A stretch of DNA of 64,000 nt from an uncultured Pseudomonadota bacterium (GTDB taxonomy: Bacteria; Pseudomonadota; Alphaproteobacteria; Rhizobiales; Hyphomicrobiaceae), in assembly GCA_963846845.1 (NCBI GenBank), contig CAWJXQ010000013.1, positions 98,338-162,337 on the forward strand, in the 5' to 3' direction. Below the pieces are notes generated by a model, which saw only the letters and a list, made by a program, of their open reading frames with translations, had not been told where the DNA came from and ran no database searches. The position numbers and the translations under genes are program-made. Positions within the stretch are counted from its first letter, which is position 1, and each line of letters opens with the position of its first letter. Shown here piece after piece: positions 41,581-52,514 of this stretch.

Positions 41581-41943
41581 TCGGACCTCGAAGATGACGC
41601 CGGTCGGCACGCTGAACCTATGCCGGCTCCCTTGCGTTCAGCTGTTCATCGCTCTAGGGCGCAAAAACACAGATGGGATGTTAGCCGCCCAGGGCGACGC
41701 GCTGACGACGCCTGGTGACCGCTTCTGGCATTCCGACACCCACAAAAGAGCCTAAAGTTGTCGCCGCAGCCCGGTTAAGCAGAATTAGGCGGGGATAGCC
41801 GGCGCGGCGCGTTCTCGCGCTATTCTGGCTCTGCTATGGCGGCACAACTCGTCCCGGCAGGCAAGTCGACGTACAAATCCGCCGCCTTGCCGTGGCGCCC
41901 GTTCGCGGGCACGATGCCGGCCCGGCAAAGAAAATCGGATCAG

Positions 41944-42961
41944 ATGGCCAAACCCAATCCCACACGTCTGAAATCCATCGAGGGCGGCAAGCGCACGCCG
42001 TCGCCCTGCGACGCCGCCTTGCGCACCCTGGCCCTGGAAGGCGAGGGCATCGCCGCGCTGCACAAGGCGCTGACCGGCGAACTCGCCGAGCCCTTCAACG
42101 AGGCGGTACGCCTTTTAAAGACCGCCCGCGGCCGCGTCATCGTCAGCGGCATCGGCAAAAGCGGACATGTCGGCCAGAAAATCGCCGCCACTTTCGCCTC
42201 GACCGGCACGCCAGCCTTCTTCGTGCACCCCAGCGAGGCGTCCCACGGCGATCTCGGCATGATCACGCGGGAAGACGTTATCCTGGCGCTTTCCTGGTCC
42301 GGCGAAACCGTGGAACTGAAGAACATCATCACCTATTCGCGCCGCTTCTCCGTGCCGCTCATCTCGCTGACGTCACGGCGCAGGCTCCGCGCTCGGCCAG
42401 CAATCAGACGTCTGCCTTTGCCTGCCGCAGTCGAAAGAGGCCTGCCCGCATGGCCTGGCGCCCACCACGTCGACGACGATGACGCTGGCCATGGGCGACT
42501 GCCTCGCCATCGCACTGCTTGAGGCCAAGGGCTTCACCGCCCACGACTTCAAGCAGTTCCATCCCGGCGGCTCGCTGGGCGCCAACTTGAAATACGTCTC
42601 CGACGTGATGCATAAGGCCGACCGCCTGCCGCTGGCTCACAAGCAAGAGCCGATGAGCGACGCGCTGGTCACGATGACGGCGAAGGCGCTGGGCTGTCTC
42701 GGCATCGTCGACAAGAAGGGCCGTCTCGTCGGCGTCGTCACCGACGGCGACTTGCGCCGCCATATGGGCGCCAACCTGCTGTCGGCCAAGGCGGGTGACA
42801 TCATGACGCCCAAGCCCAAGACGATCGAGCCCGGCATGCTGGCCTCCGCCGCGCTGGAACTCATCAACGCCTCGCGCATCACGACGCTGTTCGTCGTCAC
42901 CGACGGCAAGCCGATCGGCATCGTCCACGTGCACGATTTGCTTCGTGCCGGCATTGTGTAG
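41944..42961 (+). pseudogene. kpsF: Arabinose-5-phosphate isomerase KpsF/GutQ (SIS + CBS), one frame shift near 42370
   Basis: SIS motif GRVIVSGIGKSGHVGQKIAATFASTGTPAFFVHPSEASHGDLG. After ...PLISLTS the sequence continues in the next frame as GAGSALGQQSDVCLCLPQSKEACPHGLAPTTSTTMTLAMGDCLA, then the CBS pair. Confidence 0.85.
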
Positions 42962-42981
42962 ATGAGCATGGCGTAACCGCG

Positions 42982-43894
42982 ATGGACGACAACGTCAGCT
43001 TCAAGACGTCGATGCAGTTCACGTATGGCGAACCGAGCCCCATGGGCCCCGGCATCGTCCGGCTGGTCGCCAATAACCCGAGCCCGCTTCACCTTCAAGG
43101 GCACCAACACGTATCTTGTCGGCATGACGTCGCTCGCCGTCATCGATCCCGGACCCGACGATCAAACCCACGTCGACAACATCTTGAAATACGCCGCCGG
43201 CCGGCCCATCACGCACATCCTGATCACGCACGCTCATCGCGATCACGTCGACGGCTGCGCGCGGCTTGCCGCCGCCACCGGTGCCGTCACCTGCGGCTAC
43301 GGCCGCACCGGCCAAGCACCGGATGTGCCGTCCGCCAGCCCGTCAGGCAAGAGTTTCGTCAACTGGGATTTCGAACCGCAGAACAAGGTTCGCGGCGGCG
43401 ACGTCATCGCTGGCGATGACTGGGCGCTGGAATGCATCTTCACGCCAGGACACGCGCCCGACCATTTGTGTTTCGCCCTCAAGGGCCGCCGCGTCGTTTT
43501 CTCCGGCGATCACGTCATGGCGTGGAACACCTCTGTCATTGCGCCGCCCGAAGGCAGCATGGCCGATTATCTGCAATCCCTGCAGCTGCTGATGGATCGG
43601 TCCGATCAGGTCTTCCTGCCCGGTCACGGCGGCCGCATCGACGAACCCCAACGCACCGTGAAGGCCTATCTGCTGCATCGCCGCTGGCGCGAGCAGGCCG
43701 TGCTTGCCGCCATTCGCGACGGCACGAATACCGTCAACGCCATCGTGCCGGAGGTCTATCCCAACATTTCAGGGCCACTCGCCATTGCCGCCGCCCTGTC
43801 GGTCCAGGCGCACGTCGAGCACCTTATGGCGCGGGGCGTTTTGGCTTCCGCGCCCGCGACGATGTCCTGGGATCATCCTCTTTCTCTGGCTTGA
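42982..43894 (+). pseudogene. MBL-fold metallo-hydrolase (one frame shift near 43087)
   Basis: The N-terminus MDDNVSFKTSMQFTYGEPSPMGPGIVRLVANNPSP joins FTFKGTNTYLVG...ILITHAHRDHVDG in the next frame. The junction ccg-c-ttc looks like a 1-nt insertion. Confidence 0.75.
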
Positions 43895-44723
43895 GATTGC
43901 CCTTGTCCTTGCGCTTGCTGCGCTCGGGCCGCTCCCCGTCGGCCGTCGGCACGGTCTCTTCCATCCGCGCGACGATTTCCTTCATGATCAGCCGCAGCCG
44001 TTTCGGCATTGTGGCCAAGGTCGCTCTGGCCGAAGCGCGAGGCCGATCGCAGGTCCACGCGCGCGCTCGTCTTCCGTGCCCGAAACACGCACCGCGACGT
44101 CCCCGTAAAGCCCCATGATCAGCGTGCGATCCACCGCCTCGATGAAGCCCGGCGCCCCGGTTTCCGCGTTCGGCTCTTGTTCGCGCACGATCGTCAAGCT
44201 CTGTCGCTTCAGCGCTTCCACGACGAGATCGAACGCCTCGGCCTGCGAGCGATTGAGGATCATGGGCTTGAGGTCGGGGTACGCGCGTGCCTGCTGCTCG
44301 CCGAAGGCCGCGCCGGGATAAGCCGCCGAATTCTCCGCCGGCGTCCGCGACATCGCCAGAACATCGAAAGGCGGCGGCGAGGCCGTATCTGTGGAAACGT
44401 CGTAGATCATGGGATAGCTGCGCGCCATCGCCATCACGACCACAGGCCCCGAAAGCAGCAGCAGGGCAATCGTGAGCCCCACGATGATGCGCGCCGCCCC
44501 ATCGCCTCCATGCCGCCAGATGCGCACGCCCGCGGTCAGCCCCAGGACGACCGCTATCGTCGGCCCCCACGAGTGCCGTCACCACGACATTGGCGGCCAC
44601 AGGCGTTGGCATGCCGAATAGCCGGTGCAGAAAGTAAGCCGCGATCACCAGCAGCAGGCAGAAGAACGCCAGCCGGCTGGTCCAGCGGCTCAGCGGCGAC
44701 GCCTCTGGTTCCCGCTGTTTCAT
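43824..44723 (-). pseudogene. DUF1499 domain-containing membrane protein (about 3 frame shifts); 3' end uncertain
   Basis: The N-terminal TM MKQREPEASPLSRWTSRLAFFCLLLVIAAYFL, then PTIAVVLGLTAGVRIWRH...YPMIYDVSTDTASPPPF...GFIEAVDRTLIMGLYGDVAVRV, then VDLRSASRFGQSDLGHNA lie in different frames. Confidence 0.55.
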
Positions 44724-44842
44724 GCGTCCTGTGCCCCAAGTGTTGCGGTTGTCCCGTGTGTCCGGCCAGCCACTTTTGTCGCTGCCGCACCTGGGCGATC
44801 ATAGTGAGAAATTCGCGCGAAATGTAGTCTGCTGGAGAAGCC

Positions 44843-45728
44843 ATGCGGGCATCACGGCACAACTACGAGGACCCTGTGCGCTGGGCCGCGGTTGCAGCCG
44901 TGGCTGTGACAGCACTTTGTGGCTTGATTGGCGCACACGCGCTTCCGGCCAACGGCCAAAGTGCGCCGGAGCCAGCTGCCGAAAGCGGCCAGCCCGAACC
45001 ACGCGTCATCGATCCACAGCCCGCCCCGCCTCGCCCGCCGCCTGGCCCGCTCAGACTGATGAGCTGGAACGTCGCGTCTTCGCCCTACGCCATTGCCATG
45101 CGCAAGATCAAGTCGTCTGCGCCCGCCTGGCGTACGAGCTTCGGCTCGGAACGCCGCACGAACGATGCGCCGCCTCCCCCGCAGTCAGCCCTGATCGATG
45201 CCGATGTCGTGCTGCTGCAAGGCATCACCAACCCGCGCGCACTGCGCCGCCTTTTCCCCCGCGCGCAGTTGGCGCCTCATCTTTTCGCGCCGCGCGCTGG
45301 AAACGTTGCCAAGGGCTCCGTCTTCACCGCTCCCGTTTCATCGGTCGAGTCGAAGCGGTTGCCATCCGCTTCCGGGATGGTCTTCGCGTGCTCAATCGCG
45401 GCGAAGACATCGACGATCTGCCAGCCGCAACCCCGCAAGCTGCAACTCCGCTCGACGCCGTCGCGCCAGCCGCCACCGCGGTCCAGCCGCCGGTTAACCC
45501 CGCCTCGCCTGGTCTCGCCGTTAAGATCATCGATCGCGGCCGCACGCTGTGGCTCGCCTCCGTCGCGTTCGAAAAGGCTTGCGACACGGCAAGCAACACC
45601 GATTGGCTCAGCAGACGCTGCTGGCGCGCTGGCGCAGTCGTCGCACGGAAGCGGGTGAAAGTGTCGTCACGGGCGGCCGCGTAGCTTTCGGATGCGCCTG
45701 CAACGGCGTGTGCAATGCAGGGCATTGA
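44843..45728 (+). pseudogene. Endonuclease/exonuclease/phosphatase (EEP) family protein, secreted (at least 2 frame shifts); 3' end uncertain
   Basis: PLRLMSWNV and SALIDADVVLLQGI in one frame, LAVKIIDRGRTLWLASVAF in a second, and RLAQQTLLARWRSRRTEAGESVVTGG in a third. Confidence 0.45.
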
Positions 45729-45906
45729 GTGGCATGCCGCAGGCTCCAACGTACTGCCACACCTCGCCAAAGGCGAAAATCGCCAGGTCTTGGGCTGCAT
45801 CGCCGAATGGACGCTGGAATGATCCGAATTCCCCGCATGCTTGAATATGACAGTTTTTTATGGTCTCCAATCGAACGGCGACGTCACTGAACCTTGCGGA
45901 TTTTCA

Positions 45907-46917
45907 ATGTCCTATCGTTTCGAGTTGCGAGAACAGATCGGGCCCGGCTTTGCCCGCATCGCCACCGAACAGATCGACCGCGTGCTTCGCGACTTGACGG
46001 CCCCGAAAGATCGCAATCTGGCCGTCCACGAAGGCCGCAAAAGTCTCAAGCGGCTGCGCGCGCTGTTGCGCCTCGTGCGCCCCGGCATCGGCGGCCAGAC
46101 GTTCAAAGCCGAGAACGCGCGTTTCCGCGACATCGCCGCCCTGTTTTCCGCCGACCGCGATCGCCATGTCTTGAACAGTGTGGCCGGGCAGCGCGCAGCC
46201 GCCATGGGGCCTCGCTATCGCAAAGCGTTCAGCGCCATCAAGGGCGCGCTCGCCGAACCAGCGGATGTCGCGACGTCAAATCAGCAAGAGGCGGTTTCGC
46301 GCCTGAAAGCGGCGCGGAAGCTCGTCGCTGAGCTGCCTCTGCCCGAAAGCTTCCAGACGCTGCAGCACGGTTTGGCCGAGAGCTACCGTCGCGGCAGGCG
46401 TCAACTTCGCAGTGCCTATGCCGATCCCGGCGACGAAGCGTTTCACGATCTGCGCAAGTCCGTGCAGCAGCACTGGCGGCACATGCAGGTTCTGCAGAGA
46501 GCCTGGCCCGACCTGTTCGTCGCGCGCCTCGAGGCGGCCCGCCGCTTGTCGCAACTCCTCGGCGACGATCATGATCTGGCAGTCTTTGTCGCGCGGTTGA
46601 AGACCATACCTCGATCCACCCTGCCGGCTGCCGACCGCCGCGCGATCGAACGCCACTGCCGCGTCGAGCAGGATCGCCTCCGTAGGCTGGCCCACCCTCT
46701 CTGTCAGCAGCTGTACGCCGAGCGAGCCGGTCAGTTCGCCAAACGCATCGCCGCGATCTGGCTGGCGGCCACGCGCCTCGCCGAAATCGAAGCCTCCGCC
46801 GCTGCCAAGTCAACAGGCCCCCAATCCGGGGCGCCGAAACCCAAGGCCACGCGGGTATCCGCAAAGGCGGCGACCCGCCGCGGCAATAGCGCGCAATCGG
46901 CCAAGCCGCACCATTGA
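45907..46917 (+). CDS. CHAD domain-containing protein
   Basis: AVHEGRKSLKRLRALLRLVRP and a second HDLRKSVQQHWRHMQVL helix-repeat pattern. The start was set at MSYRFELREQ. Confidence 0.7.
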   Translation: MSYRFELREQIGPGFARIATEQIDRVLRDLTAPKDRNLAVHEGRKSLKRLRALLRLVRPGIGGQTFKAENARFRDIAALFSADRDRHVLNSVAGQRAAAMGPRYRKAFSAIKGALAEPADVATSNQQEAVSRLKAARKLVAELPLPESFQTLQHGLAESYRRGRRQLRSAYADPGDEAFHDLRKSVQQHWRHMQVLQRAWPDLFVARLEAARRLSQLLGDDHDLAVFVARLKTIPRSTLPAADRRAIERHCRVEQDRLRRLAHPLCQQLYAERAGQFAKRIAAIWLAATRLAEIEASAAAKSTGPQSGAPKPKATRVSAKAATRRGNSAQSAKPHH

Positions 46918-47083
46918 TCGGGCTCCATTGGCTGCGTCGAACGTAATCGGTTAAGCTTCGTCGTAGGCATGGCATGCGCTGCGGCGCGTGCCCGGCATCG
47001 CATCAGGCATGCGCAGCAGCGTGTGCCCTGCAACAGGCACGCGCAACAGCGCCGCTGCACTCGGGAATGGAACGCCAAACTCT

Positions 47084-48137
47084 ATGCTTACCGAAACTTC
47101 GGGCCGCTACCTGCTGCCGCCCAACCATCCCCGATGTAGCCCACGGCCGCATCGGCGTGCTGCTGCTCAACCTCGGCACGCCCGACGGCACCGACTACTG
47201 GTCCGATGCGCCGCTACCTCAAGGAGTTCCTGTCGGACGAGCGCGTGATCGAGGAGCCGCGCTGGAAGTGGTGGCCGATCCTCAACCTGATCATCCTGAC
47301 CGTGCGCCCGGCCGCAAGGGACGCGACTACGCCACCATCTGGAACAAGGAGCGCAACGAGGGCCCGCTGAAGACCATCACGCGCGCGCAGGCCGAAAAGC
47401 TCGCGCGCGCACGGCTCGACGATCAGCCGCACATCGTCGTCGACTGGGCGATGCGCTACGCGCAACCCCTCGACGGAAAGCCGCATCGAGGCGCTGCGCG
47501 CAGCGGGCTGCGACCGCATCCTGCTTGTGCCGCTCTATCCGCAGTACGCCGCCGCCACCACCGCCACCGCCTGCGACCAGGCGTTCCGCGCGCTGATGAA
47601 GATGCGCTGGCAGCCGGCCGTGCGCGTCGCGCCGCGCCTATCACGACGATCCGGTCTATATCGAGGCGCTGGCGCGCTCGATGCGCGCGAGCCTCGCCAA
47701 GCTCGACTTCGAGCCCGAGCGCATCATCGCCACCTTCCACGGCATGCCGCAGAAGTATTTCGACAAGGGCGACCCCTATCACTGCCACTGCCAGAAGACG
47801 TCGCGGCTGCTGCGCGAGGCGCTCGGCTGGCCGGCCGATCGCTGGCTGACGACCTTCCAGTCGCGCTTCGGCTTCGATCCGTGGCTGCAGCCCTATACCG
47901 ACAAGACGGTCGAGCGGCTGGCGAAGGAGGGCATCAAGCGACTCGCGCTCGTCGCGCCGGGCTTTTCCGCCGACTGCCTCGAGACGCTGGAGGAGCTCGA
48001 GGTCGAGAACCGGCACATCTTCGAGGACAACGGCGGCGAGAAATTCGCCTATCTGCCCGCGCCTCAACGACAGCGAGGACGGCATCGACGTCATCGAGGC
48101 CGTCGTGCGGCGCGAGCTGCGCGGGTGGATCGACTGA
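47084..48137 (+). pseudogene. hemH: Ferrochelatase (six frame changes as sequenced)
   Basis: The segments MLTETSGRYLLPPNHP | [24 protein letters not shown] | [35 protein letters not shown] | [14 protein letters not shown]...[11 protein letters not shown] | [33 protein letters not shown]...RVAP | [11 protein letters not shown]...FHGMPQKY...FQSRFG...[17 protein letters not shown]...FAYLP | [25 protein letters not shown] occupy frames 2,0,1,0,1,2,0. Confidence 0.85.
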
Positions 48138-48275
48138 GCAGGCGAAGCCGCTGCGATTTTCGCGGTTAAGGGTTGCAGGTATTTAATTTAACTATACGTG
48201 GACGGCGCAGCCTCAGAAATCCCTATTTCCGTGCTTAATGGCTGTCCTCGCATCTGCGCGAGGGGAGACGATTTC

Positions 48276-49279
48276 ATGGAAATGTTCGGCGGCTTCGAGC
48301 TCTTCGGTCTGTTGCTGATCGTGCTCGCAGCCGCGGTGCTCTGGTCCACCGTCAAGGTCGTGCCGCAGGGCTACAACTACACGGTCGAGAGCTTCGGCGC
48401 TACACGCGCACGCTGACGCCCGGCCTGCACATCCTCGTTCCCGTCGTCGAGCGCGTCGGCCATCACGTCAACGTCAAGGAGCAGGTGATCGACATCCCGA
48501 GCCAGGACGTCATCACGCTCGACAACGCCATGGTGCGCGTCGACGGCGTCGCGTTCTTCCAGGTGCTGAACGCCGCCAAGTCGGCCTACGAGGTCGACAA
48601 CCTCGAGCATGCCACCATCAACCTGACCATGACCAACATCCGCACCGTCATGGGCTCGATGGACCTCGACGAGCTGCTGTCCAATCGCGACAAGATCAAC
48701 GCGCAGCTTCTGCACGTCGTCGACGCCGCGACGGAAGCCTGGGGCGTCAAGGTCACGCGCATCGAGATCAAGGACATCGCGCCGCCGCGCGACCTCATCG
48801 ACAGCATGGCGCGCCAGATGAAGGCCGAGCGCGAGAAGCGCGCGCAGATCCTGGAAAGGGAAGGCCTGCGCCAGGCCGCGATCCTGCAAGGCCGAAGGCG
48901 CCAAGCAGGCCGTCGTGCTGGAAGCCGAGGGCCGGCGCGAAGCCGCCTTCAAGGACGCCGAAGCCCGCGAGCGCTCCGCCGAGGCCGAAGCCAAGGCGAC
49001 GAGCTCGTCTCCGACGCCATCGCCAATCGGCAGCGTGCAGGCCATCAACTACTTCGTCGCCAACAACTACGTGAAGGCGCTGGAGGCTCTGCCTCGGCGC
49101 CGAACCAGAAGGTGATCCTGATGCCGCTCGAGGCGTCGTCGGTGATCGGTTCGCTCGCCGGCCTCGCGCAGATCACCGGCGAAGCGTTCGGCGGTATCGC
49201 CCCGGGTGGCGGCGCGCCGGCGCCGAAAACACCGCAGCGCCCGCCTTCAGGCCGCGCCGGCACCGTTCCGCAGGTATGA
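48276..49279 (+). pseudogene. SPFH/band-7 (stomatin-like) protein (about 5 frame shifts)
   Basis: N-terminal TM, then [11 protein letters not shown]. The segments [16 protein letters not shown]..., [20 protein letters not shown]...[12 protein letters not shown]...[35 protein letters not shown] and [17 protein letters not shown] lie in alternating frames. Confidence 0.8.
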
Positions 49280-49323
49280 TAGCCAGATACGCCACCCAGA
49301 CCGGCCAATAGGGAGACGCCGCA

Positions 49324-49785
49324 ATGCCTGTACTGGAATTTCTCGCCGGCCTGGGGGTGTGGAACTGGGTGTTCCTGGGCCTGGCGCTGGGTGCGCTGGA
49401 AATGCTCATTCCCGGCGTGCAACTGGTCTGGTTTGGCTTGTCGGCACTGGCAACGGGCATCGTCACGATGATCGCTCAGAATCTTGGCGTGCCGATCGGC
49501 TGGCCCCTGCAACTCGTCCTGTTCGCTCTGCTTTCGGTCGTCGCCGTGTACGGCGTTCGCCGCTATGCGCCGCCCAGCGAAAAGAGCGACGTTCCCGATC
49601 TCAATGCCCGCGGCACCCAGCTGATCGGCCGTACCGCGGTGATCGAGAACGCGATTGTCGGCGGTCGCGGCCGGGTCCGCATCGGCGACACGCTCTGGCC
49701 CGCAAAGGGCCCCGACCTGCCGGCCGGCGCATCCGCCCGCGTAACCGGGTCGGATGACACCGTGCTGATCGTCGAACGCGTTTAA
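49324..49785 (+). CDS. NfeD family membrane protein
   Basis: Three N-terminal TM helices plus a C-terminal OB-like GRGRVRIGDTLWPAKGPDLPAGASARVTGSDDTVLIVE. Positioned immediately after the SPFH gene, the classic pairing. Confidence 0.8.
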   Translation: MPVLEFLAGLGVWNWVFLGLALGALEMLIPGVQLVWFGLSALATGIVTMIAQNLGVPIGWPLQLVLFALLSVVAVYGVRRYAPPSEKSDVPDLNARGTQLIGRTAVIENAIVGGRGRVRIGDTLWPAKGPDLPAGASARVTGSDDTVLIVERV

Positions 49786-49797
49786 CCGCCGCCGGCG

Positions 49798-49971
49798 TCA
49801 ACCATGCGTCTCGTCGCCGTCGATGCTGGGCGGTATCGGCTGCGGCGGCACGTTGGGCTCGTCCGGCATCGGCGTCGGCTCGCCCGGCGGTTCGGATGGC
49901 GGCTCTGTCGGGTTGGGGTTATGCGGATCCGGTTTGGGATCGCTGATCGGCGGTTTGCCCGGCTGGCCCAT
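49798..49971 (-). CDS. Candidate 57-aa Pro-rich protein
   Basis: GGAGA RBS before MGQPGKPPISDPKPDPHNPNPTEPPSEPPGEPTPMPDEPNVPPQPIPPSIDGDETHG. No family recognised. Confidence 0.3.
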   Translation of the reverse strand: MGQPGKPPISDPKPDPHNPNPTEPPSEPPGEPTPMPDEPNVPPQPIPPSIDGDETHG

Positions 49972-50100
49972 GTGCTGTCTCCATTGCTCTGCTGAAAGAG
50001 CAACGCAGCGCGCCGCAATCGGTTCGAATGCGCGCCTGATCGTTGGCGACGCCAGCGGTTGAACACGCATCGCAAACGTGATCACACGTCCTCTGCACCG

Positions 50101-51804
50101 TTATCCCGCCAGCACGCTGCTGCGGCAGCTGACGCCGTGCACCCGCACGTCGACTTCGCCCAGCCGTATGCCGAGTGTCGTCAACAGCGAATACAGCACC
50201 TGGTCCAACGGAGTAGCCACGCCAGTCAGGATCGTCTTCACCAGCGGATCGAAAGTCACGCTGAGCCCGAGCGGCGCAACCGTGACAGAGAGCCCCGACA
50301 GCAGCGACGAGACGAGCGTCTCCGTCATGTTGCGCGTCGACGCACGCTTGATCGTGCCGTTGTTGATATCCGTCTGGCTGAATACCAGGTTCGTCGCGCT
50401 CGTGTTCGTCACGCTCGTCGAGGCCGATCCATAGACGGCCAGGCCGATGGGCGGCAGCAGCGGCACAGTCAGCGGCACGTCGACCAGTTTCGCCGGCGTT
50501 GCGGCAGGCACCGCTGCGAAGTTCTGCAGGGCCGCATCGGAAATGTCGCCGATGGCAGCCGAAGCCAGGCCCGGCTTGGCGGCAATGGTGACGGCACCCG
50601 TGCCGTTGGCCGCGCAGGCGATGTTGGTCAGCGTACCGTCGGCGGTCGCCGAGTTGATATAGATGGGCAGCCGCACTTGCGTTGCACTTAGCAAGCCGGA
50701 ACCGCCGATTTTGGCCTCCAGCCGCACGCGCGTCTGCGCCGTATGCAGCGTGGCGCCGGGCTGGCCCACGGCCACCCATCCCGACTGCTGCGCCGGCTCG
50801 CCGATCGCCACCGACAGGGTGAGGCTCGCCACGCCCGGGACAGATGCGCCCAGGTTCAGGTTCACCATCTTGCCGCCGTTGGCGATCGTCGCCGCCGCCG
50901 ACACGATGTCCATCACGGAGATCTGCGGGTTGGGCCCCGATAGAGGATCGCCCACGCCCGTCGATCCGACCGGCCCGAGGCTCAGCACCTTGGATAGCGT
51001 GATCGGCTTTGATCCAGCATTCGATTGCAGCCCCAGCGTCTTGAGAGCGGCGCTGGCGGTGGTATTGCCGTTGTTCTGCGTCACCTTGGCCAAGGCGTTG
51101 ATGACGTTGCCGACGTTGGCACTGGCAGACAGCACATCGTTGTACGACGCGCCCGTCAGCCCCAGCTCCGTCGATAGCGCCTTGGCGAAATCAAACAGCC
51201 CGACGTTTGCCGAGACCAGTGCGTTGTAGTCCATCAGCGACAGGTTCACGGACCCGCCCAGCAGGCCGCCCAGCAACCCGTTGATGGCACCACCGCTCAA
51301 GCCAGCCAAACGGCTGCCGATCGAAAACGTCGCCAGTTGTGCGTTCGCCGACATGGCCGTCACGCTCATCGTGCAGCAATTGTTCACGAACGTCTTCGCA
51401 AAAAAGATGCGGCCGGGCTTGGTCACGGTTACGCGCGCGGCATTGTAAGGCAGCGCGCCCGCGGTGAAGCGCGCGTCGACGGCGGTCGCAAGCTTGGGAT
51501 CGTAATGGCCCAGGTCTACTTTTACCGTCGCGGCGGCGATGTCGATGTTATTGGCCGCAAGCGTCGCCCGCGCGGCGGCTTCGGCATGCGCCAGATCGCC
51601 CGCAGCGGCCATCGCCGCCAGATCCGTAACGCTCTGCGCGTTACGCTTTTCCAGGTAGAGCGAGCCGACGTCGACCGCCAGCGCAGAGCAGGCGATGCCC
51701 ACCATGAAGAAGGCGCTGGAGATGATGGCGATGCCACCGCGATCGTCGCGTTTGAAAGCAAGAAGTCTCGCGCGCCCACGCGCTAGCCGGCGATGAAGGC
51801 GCAT
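50101..51804 (-). CDS. TadG-like (Flp pilus assembly TadE/G N-terminal domain) large protein
   Basis: N-terminus FKRDDRGGIAIISSAFFMVGIACSALAVDVGSLY (Tad N-terminal motif), followed by Gly/Ala/Thr-rich repeats. The start overlaps the stop of the upstream tadE-like gene (TGATG). Confidence 0.7.
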   Translation of the reverse strand: MRLHRRLARGRARLLAFKRDDRGGIAIISSAFFMVGIACSALAVDVGSLYLEKRNAQSVTDLAAMAAAGDLAHAEAAARATLAANNIDIAAATVKVDLGHYDPKLATAVDARFTAGALPYNAARVTVTKPGRIFFAKTFVNNCCTMSVTAMSANAQLATFSIGSRLAGLSGGAINGLLGGLLGGSVNLSLMDYNALVSANVGLFDFAKALSTELGLTGASYNDVLSASANVGNVINALAKVTQNNGNTTASAALKTLGLQSNAGSKPITLSKVLSLGPVGSTGVGDPLSGPNPQISVMDIVSAAATIANGGKMVNLNLGASVPGVASLTLSVAIGEPAQQSGWVAVGQPGATLHTAQTRVRLEAKIGGSGLLSATQVRLPIYINSATADGTLTNIACAANGTGAVTIAAKPGLASAAIGDISDAALQNFAAVPAATPAKLVDVPLTVPLLPPIGLAVYGSASTSVTNTSATNLVFSQTDINNGTIKRASTRNMTETLVSSLLSGLSVTVAPLGLSVTFDPLVKTILTGVATPLDQVLYSLLTTLGIRLGEVDVRVHGVSCRSSVLAG

Positions 51805-52237
51805 CAGTATCCCCCGCGCTTGATGACGGCAGACTGCACGATGGTGGAGGAGGGCAGCGGCAGGAACGGCGTGAAGCTCCAGATCGGCAAGTCCGATGCG
51901 TCGTAGCTGATGGCGACGCGAAATTCTGTCGCGTCTTCTGGCCGCGGCGCTGCAACGACCGTCAGTTTCGCAGCATCGAGCAGCACGCCGTAGCTGGAAA
52001 CGTTCTGGCAACGCTGGCTTTCGCCAGGTTGGCGCGTTCCACGTCGTTGAGCCCGGCAACCGACGCGCGCGCCGCGTCTGCGGCGAGCTGCGCCGTACTG
52101 TGCGCTGCTGCGAAATAGATTCCGTAAGCCAGGATGCCCAGCATCAGAACGAGAAAGACTGGCAACACCAGCGCGAATTCTATCGCCGCTGTACCATCCT
52201 CGTTACGCCGGTACATGCGTAGGAAAAAGCATTTCAT
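51804..52237 (-). pseudogene. TadE-like protein (one frame shift near 52010)
   Basis: RRNEDGTAAIEFALVLPVFLVLMLGILAYG is a TadE motif. ...ANLAKASVA joins NVSSYGVLLDAAKLTVVAAPRPEDATEFRVAISYD in the next frame. Confidence 0.65.
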
Positions 52238-52514
52238 AGCCGATTACCGTTTTTCAAAAAATGGAAGTAAGCAATAAGTTCAAATTCTAACAACTGATAT
52301 AACTGCATCTTTAGCGTGTTATCGCTTAACGCCAGGCTTTCTCCGCGTACGGCATTGAGGCTTATGGTTGAGGAAGAGTTGACGGCCGCTCGGCCGCTAC
52401 CCCCGTGAAATTGGCTCACCGCGCACGCATCGGCTGGCCACCGGTGATCGCGCGGTATTGTCGCGCAACCAGCCTGGGCGCTGGCCGTTGTGTTTTGCAG
52501 ACGCGAAAGCGCCA

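Noticed and set aside
43824-43894. Convergent 3' overlaps of 70 nt (MBL hydrolase / DUF1499) and 47 nt (pip / GDPD at 57417-57463)
   Set aside because: These are most simply explained by over-extended ORF ends, given a missed stop after a local indel or a naturally ragged C-terminus. I do not treat them as meaningful antisense overlap.
45667-45870. 67-aa minus-strand ORF (FQRPFGDAAQDLAIFAFGEVWQYVGACGMPLNALH) between the EEP and CHAD genes
   Set aside because: It looks mildly protein-like but overlaps the probable frameshifted 3' part of the EEP gene on the plus strand. I cannot decide between strands without homology, so it is not reported as a feature.
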